The position numbers were made by a program, and so were the translations under genes. The notes beneath the pieces were generated by a model. That model did no database searches and was not told where the DNA came from. It saw only the letters and a program-made list of their open reading frames with translations. DNA of 56,646 bases, counting the filler, from Sphacelaria rigidula (taxonomy: Eukaryota): assembly GCA_964200075.2 (NCBI GenBank). It is 7 parts of 7 records of this genome, joined end to end, with 100 filler letters (N's around TTAATTAATTAA, not from the genome) between each part and the next. Parts side by side here need not be neighbours in the genome. Positions count along the whole stretch, not along the records: positions 48,641 to 56,646 come from CAXNAA020012673.1; 6 more parts are not named here. One strand, 5' to 3'. Below are positions 50,001 to 56,646 of the stretch, one piece after another. How positions within the stretch are numbered: the first letter of the stretch is position 1; each line of letters starts with the position of its first letter.

Positions 50001-52099
50001 TGACAGTACACACAAGACTATGAACAGTGCTACCGTCATAGTACCACAGCCAATGCATATAATACAGCACTGTTGTGTGTACTGTTGTCCGTGCTGTAGT
50101 CAGGTACTACCGTGCAGTGGAAAAGCACAACCGTCACTTCTACAGTCAGTTGGTACAGCAAGGCGGTGTTCTCATTGATCGTCTTGCGTCACGCAACCCG
50201 CCCTGTATTGCTCAGGCAGTGTATCACAGTAGTACAGACAGTCAGCACGGACCGTACATCACGACAGGACAGCAGAGTGCTGCGCCTCTCTCGCGCGCCC
50301 CAGAATTGAAATTACGCCTGCACACGCGACCATTTGGCTACCTCGTAGAGGAATTTCCAAACGTCATCCTCGGTTCCGTCCGTTTTGAAATCTCCCCTAA
50401 AGGATCTTGGGTATTAGTAATCCTTTAGAGGATTTTTAATGTTGGGGTCCTATAAGGTCTGTGTCGATATTAAAACCCCCTGGATCGGTTTTGGAGGCAC
50501 AAGTGCTATGTAAACCTGGAATTTTTACAGCCTCTGCCGTTTAAAATAAATCCGAATTCCCAATTGTTGGAATCGGGCAAAAATGATTTATTTCGAACAG
50601 CAGAGGCTGTGCAAATCCAATATACACTCGCAGATGGGATTTGTACACCAGCAGCTGTTCGAAATAAGTCCTCGTTTTGTCCGCCAATACCTGAAAATGG
50701 GAAAAAATATACTTATTTGCGAGCAGATTCTGCTGTTCAAGTCCCACATACTGCACCGTATCAGTGGATGAGAATCGAGAGACGGCAGAAATTGTTGAAA
50801 ACTTATACCCTCTTGCCCCACATTTTATATATTAGTTGGGCAAGGGGATCGAAGTCTTCAACAGCCTTGGCTGGTTACAAATCCCATACACTGACTGCGA
50901 GTGTATGTCCACATGGCCGCGCTGTTCAGGCTTGGCTGGTGCGATATAACGATCACAACAAAAAGCATGATTTGGTGTTGTACTGAACTGTACAATACCG
51001 TGCAGGACAGTACCATATCGTGCTTATATACGTGCAGAGCGATACACTGTAGAGTTAGCGCGGCATATGCGCCACGTATGGCTAGACAAAGTGGATGCCT
51101 GTAACTTTGGGTGCATGGGGGTGTCATATACCGTCAGCTACTGGGTATACATCACGACGCCCGTTCTTGCAGCATGCTCACATGCTCACCGCTGCAGTCA
51201 GTTGAACGTGAAGGGGAAGCAAGCAAAGCCCGGTACAGACAGCGCAGGACTATATGTATGTTTTCTGCTTACAGTGCGACGTGAAATGGACTTGAACAGT
51301 GTGCGCAGCTTGTCTGCCTGCACAGTTCATGGGTGCGTGTATGCAGTAAACCGCCGGTCATTGCCCTCACCCTACCCCGCATATGGTTCCGGCACCGCGC
51401 GACTCCGCGACCATGGAAGAACATGCTTTCAACTTCGACCAACAAGACATACATCATACCCAACTACTGCAGTGTGTATCTAAATCCCTGCACCCAACTC
51501 GTGCTCTTTGCTGCAGTGTTAGTGTTAGTTCTAGTGCTAGTGTTGGTGCTAGAAATCTGCTGAAAAGGATGTCGGCGGAGTGAGTCTGGCAGCTGGGGAC
51601 AGCCTGACATCACGGACGAGTGACAGAGGTTCAAGCTGGTGGTGGCTGCAGAAAGGCGGCTGACCTGTGACTGATCCAGACTGGAGACTTGCTGAAGCTA
51701 CTGCAGCGGGAGTTGAGAGGCTCTTACGACTGTGTGGTGCGGCGACGAGGCAGGGGAGTGTGCAATTCGCGAAAGTTCGCTGGCCTGAGAAAGTTCGCAG
51801 GTAGCTGCTTGCAGCTACGCGTATGGCGACCAGCGTGACGCCCGTGGTTATGCGGGAAGAATTGCAACCTCCCCAATACGGGGATAGGTACTCAGTGCAT
51901 CTCGCACTTTTATCACAAAGTAGTTCAAGTACAAGAAGCGTGTGAAGCCCGCTAACGCAGGGGGTGTTGTGAGGCATCAGGTGGTGCCATGGCTCAACAA
52001 ATGCCAACTTACGTGCCGATAGTGCTTGCTCGTTTACAGTATAAGAAGATCACAATCACCCCGCCGCAATTGGTTGTGGCGATTAAAAAGCATGCTGGG

Positions 52100-55000
52100 C
52101 ATGCGGTGGGCACTTGCCACTGTTGTGGCCAGGTCGGTCATTACGCGCGCGATCGCCCAACTTCTTCCAGTGGAGAGTCTGGGCAGTCTCATGCCGCACG
52201 CCATCAGCATCGTCAGCACAAGGGCAAAAGACGAGGTAATCGTGGTGGCGGCGGCGGATCCTCCGGCGATGGAGGGTTGTAGGCGAGCCCGCAGCAGCAG
52301 CAGCAACAGCAGCAGCAAGAACAGCAGGGGCAGCGGCGTCAGCATGGGTCTCGTTATGGGTCCGGCGCCGCCGTAGGTGCTGCTGCTCCGCAACGGGCGA
52401 TGCAGGTGGGACCGGCTTATACAGTGTCGAACACTGCGCCGACGCCGGTGGTGGCGCCGGCGGCGACACCGGCAGCAGCGCCAGGCGCGACGCCTGCTGA
52501 CGCGCTGGCCGGAGGTTCGCCAAATTCTTGATCTGCTGGCTGGGAATCATACCCGCCGGCGGTGCCGTTTGTACCTGCCGAGGCGTCGTCGCCTGCGCAG
52601 CTTGCGCAGCCGTAGCATCAAGTGGGATTAGCGGCACATCGGTCGGCCAATATATTGCCAGTGGAGTTTGCGCACAACTACGTTCCTGCGGAGCTGTGTC
52701 TCCCAAATCAACGGGGGCGTGGATTCATTGCGGTTCAGGCTAAGTGGGATTCTGGCGCCCACTTGGCAGGTCCTATGAGTCTGTCGGTACACAATGAGAT
52801 GTTGGAGAGTCTTCTCCCTGGGTGTGCCGCTGCGCATTCCGTTTTCGCTCGGGGTGCTGCAGGCCGTCACCACGTCAGATCAGCATCTTTACGTCACGCA
52901 GCGTACTGTTCCGCTGCAGCTGACTTTGATGACTTCCTGGGGGCCGGCGCAGTTGCCTCCGATCTCGTTTGCGATCATGCCGGGGTCGGATGGCGTCATT
53001 CTCCTAGGGTTGCCGATGGTTCAGGATATTGGAGTCACCGCTCGGCGGTTGTGAAACTCCATGAAGACGCAGATGCCTCCGCCTAGCCCACACTTGCAGA
53101 CGCCCGTCGTTTTGGGTAGTCGTCGCGTGAGCTTATCGGTGGATATTTTTCAGGAGGCTGGAGGGCAGGTGACCGAAGAGCAGGATGCGGCGGTGGAACG
53201 CTCGGTAGACGCGGCCCGGAGATGATAATGATTCCGGCGGAAGAGGAGTCCGCTCGGAAGGTCGCGCTGGAGGATAGTGTGACGGATGCTAGGGCGACAG
53301 GCCTCAGCGTCTCAAAAGTGGAGCGCCTGCGTGGCATATTGCATTGCCACGTCAACGGATTTCGTCGTGCGCTGCGGGGTGATCCTCCTGCGCGCGTGGA
53401 GCCCATGCGTGTTCAGCTAAAACCTTGGGCGTCCGCGGCGAAGACGAAGCCGCGGCAGTACGATCCAGTGAATTCGAGCTGGTTGGCGTTGTACATGGCG
53501 GCTCTTTTGGCGCTCGGGTCTGTGTTACGGAATTTGCAGGCGGGGTGGTCCAGTCCAGGTATGGTGTTCCCGAAGAAGGTTGCATCGTGGACGGAGGGCA
53601 GGCTGCAGGCGTAGGCGGCAGCGAAGGATCGGGTGGCTCATGCGGTGACGCTGTTTCATCCTCGTGCTGATTGTCAGGTGTTCATATTTCCGGATGCAAT
53701 TGAGTGCCATTGGCGTAGTTTTGTCATGCAGGTGCCTACAGTTAAAATTCATATGCCTGTGCGCGCCGTGGCCGGGTATGGTCCGTGTGAACCTGATGAC
53801 TCGATGCCGTCCAAATCTGTCGTCCGCCAAGCGCAACGAAAAGACCTTGGGGCCGAAGATGCGGATGTGCAATCTTTCCAGTCGGACGTTGGTACTGCTA
53901 TCTTGGACAATGAAGGTATGTTTCGTACGCATGTGCGTGGCCGAAACGTGTTGTGGATTCCGAGTTCTGACAAGCAGTTGCAGGTACGTCTGATGATTTG
54001 CGCGCACATGCGCGATGCCGGACATCGTGGTGTGGCTGCGACGCTCGTGCGATTGCAAGAGCTTTGTGTCGGGCAGGGGATAGAAACTCATGTGCACGAA
54101 TTTGTCCGCCACTGTCTTCACTGTACTGACTCGAGGGCGGGCGACGTTGTTCCCCGCCCGCTCGGCGAAACGATCCATGGGACTACGCCGAATGAAGTCG
54201 TTCATTTTGACTTCTTGTACGTGGGTGAGAGTGGCCCGCTAGCTTCCCAAGGTTTGTCAGAGAATGCTGGGTTTCGATACATTTCGGAAATCATGGATGA
54301 TTTGAGCAACTTTGTGGCTCTGGAACCAGTAGCAGTGTGTACTACTGAATCGACCGCTGCATCTTTGCTGAGTTGGTGCAAAACTTTGGGGGTGCCGCGT
54401 ATGTGAGTGAGTGATACCACCACGCATTTCAAGAATGCGACGTCGGCCCGATGGCGAGAGGGTTTGCGCGTTGATCACCAGTTTGTGATAGCGCATTCTC
54501 CGAGGTCTAACGGTACGTGCAAACGCATGGTCAAGGAAGTAGTTCGTGCTCTTAGCTCTATCTTCTCGAGCAGCGTAGAGCGGTTTCCGAGTGGGTAGAC
54601 GTGGTGCCGGCGGTGCAATGGGCGCTTAGTACAGCGTATTGTCGTCGTTACGATAGTACGCCGTACCACGTGATGTTTGGTCGTGCCCCTCGGACGTATT
54701 CCTCGGTGCTGGCGTCTTCGTCGGCGGGGGAATGTGAGTGTGATGTTTTGGTCGATGTTCAAATTCAGCGTGCATTGCACGGAGTCTCGGACTTGCAAGG
54801 ACGTTTCCACGTTTAAGTGCAGGAACGCGTTGCCACTGAACGTGCGCGTAGACGTGAGGGGTCCTAGTCGGGGCTGGAATTGCCGAATTTTGAGGTAGGC
54901 AACTATGTCATTTATGCACGGGTGCGTCGTTCGGGTGTTACGCCCAAATTGATGGCGACTTGGACTGGTCCAGGGAGAGTGGTTGGTTCTCACCACCCGC

Positions 55001-55696
55001 ACGTGTTTGAGATTTAGAACATTGTTTCGGATCGTGTTCAGATCGCCCATGTAGCTCCTTTGCGTTTGTATGCAGACTCGCAGCTTAATGTTACGGCTGA
55101 CGTTAGAGACATATTCCAGCATGCTTTCAATCAGGGGCAATTTCAGATGGCTGGCATTGTCCGAGTGGCAGAAGCAGATGATCGTTCGTTGATCGTGTTG
55201 GTCGACTGGGTTGGTTTCGAAGTTGAGAAACGCACGTGGGAGTCTTTCAAGCATATTTTTGAGGCCGCTGCGGAATTTCTTACGAAGGAGTTGCGTCAAA
55301 TGCGCATGACTCGTGCCGTTGCTGCTCGCATTACGAGTGAGTTTGGTATTCAATAGTTATAATTGTGGCTTACTCATCGTTTTGGCGTTTTCTATGTTTC
55401 AAGCTTGTTGGCCGATTTTCGTCTCACGCGCTTTGGGGGTGCTGTGACGAAAATACGCCGTTACGATGAGTTGGTAGTGATGATATGGATAAGGACTGAG
55501 GGCACGGAGATTCTGGAGGGTTCTGGATAATGACCGGGGACACGGATATGGTATCTGCAGGTCTAGCTGGTGCCCTGGAAGGTCACTCCTGAACAATGAG
55601 GATGTTGTAAGGCTGACAGCTGAAACTGAGGCCAGTGAGACTGGGGAGACCCTCAACAGCAGTGATCCAACGGTGCTTCCACTGGCTAGCGTCACA
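52100..55696 (+). mobile_element. Decayed chromodomain-bearing Ty3/Gypsy LTR retrotransposon (gag knuckle, protease, deleted RT/RNase H, integrase, chromodomain, 3' LTR)
   Basis: CHCCGQVGHYARD knuckle (~52115), DSGA (~52749), RT start GDPPARVEPMRVQLKP...WSSP, integrase HHCC (AHMRDAGH...CLHC) and core (VHFDFLYV...MDDLS...SNGT), chromodomain (VDWVGFEVEKRTWE). Multiple stops and frameshifts. Confidence 0.92.
55443..55696 (+). repeat. 3' LTR (254 bp) of the Gypsy element
   Basis: Starts TGTGACG and ends CGTCACA, preceded by a G-rich PPT-like tract (GGGGGTGC). Host TIR-element sequence resumes immediately afterwards (GTTTTCAATGTTGATAG, as at ~28104). Confidence 0.8.
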
Positions 55697-56646
55697 GTTT
55701 TCAATGTTGATAGTGCATGGATCACGTAAGAAGGGCAACTTTGAAAAATTCTGTTGAAAAACGTGCTGTTGAAAATGGCTTCTCTGATAACGTGTTTCAT
55801 ACACATCAGAAGGAACCTTAGCCCCTGAAATTTTTCACGGATGTTCTTTGGGGGATTACGCAACTTTCGACTCCAGGGGAACGCAACCTCAGCGTTATAA
55901 TTAGACTCCAGGGAAAGTCCCGAACTTACGGACGGTTTTCTTGGAAAGCAATCGTTCATTATAACAAGTATAAAGCGTTCAAGAAAGGAAATTTCGACTT
56001 TGAACTGGGGAATATGTACAAACCCCTATACACTTTTCCACATGTTCCATTCCGAGCGATGTTCCCCAAATACCCCCACAGTGGTCACAAATCCTATCTG
56101 AGGGGGTGGGCGCCATCGCTGTCCGCCCCTGGATCAGACCCCAGTTGGGATCGTCAGGAGGGATATCCAAACCACAGCTGATGCGGGTTCTAAATTAAAA
56201 GAAACGGCTTGGATGTCGCAAGCGCGTTGCACTACAGTAGTAGTAGTGTTCGACAGCCTCACCGCGCAACCCGTTCTCAATACAGCCACGGCGGAGGTGG
56301 TCATTCCAGGCGTGGTAGCTGGTTCGGACTGGGTGAAGCGCCTCGCATGGGCACTACTGGCGAAACAACCCCAAGCGTAGGACTAACCCTTACCCCCGTC
56401 TTGTGTGTCTGCAGCTTTATTTTGGGGCATCCAATTTATCGACTGTACTGTAATTACGCTGTATTGTGGTGATGATGGTACATCTCAGCAGACTGCTGCT
56501 GAGTGATGATGCGTCTCAAAGATCGCAGGCGTCTATCCCTGCATTGAATCGTTTCGCTGACGGCGGTCGTCGCCGGCGCAACAAAAATGAAGTCTCTCTC
56601 AGATACTCAACAAGAGGCGCTCGAAAATTCGATGACTATTCCAAAG

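Larger units (their letters stand above)
48800..55825. mobile_element. TIR element (PIF/Harbinger-like ends) carrying nested insertions (SINE, Gypsy)
   Basis: The left end GGAGTTAGGCTACTTCTTATGTG mirrors the right end CACATCAGAAGGAACCTTAGCCCC. It is flanked by TGA (48797-48799) and TGA (55826-55828). It contains a 217-bp tandem duplication (48901-49117 / 49118-49334). Confidence 0.6.

Overview
Eukaryotic nuclear DNA, most likely a brown alga/stramenopile (inferred from short exons, long GT-AG introns and the repeat style). The window is not one locus. It is seven unlinked ~8 kb contigs (1-8008, 8109-16115, 16216-24222, 24323-32328, 32429-40434, 40535-48540, 48641-56646), sorted by length and joined by artificial 100-bp spacers (N-run, TTAATTAATTAA, N-run). 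Ordinary content: partial spliced genes for a MATE/DinF transporter, a DUF1295 membrane protein (one GC-AG intron) and an ABCD-type ABC transporter (one apparent in-frame TAA), plus MITEs, tRNA-derived SINEs and a decayed chromodomain Ty3/Gypsy element. The standout is contig 3 (16216-24222). Two identical 127-bp repeats, probably Penelope pseudo-LTRs, bracket a 5.7-kb unit. That unit holds an intron-containing ParB-like gene (DGNHR N-terminal domain plus HTH) and a decayed, spliced beta-class-like amino-DNA-methyltransferase. After the second repeat comes a Penelope-like retroelement with a hairpin-packed 5' leader and two ORFs that overlap only at a G_GAT_TTT heptamer followed by TAG and a stem/pseudoknot, a strong -1 ribosomal frameshift signature. 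All domain calls come from motif recognition by eye and need HMM or structure confirmation.
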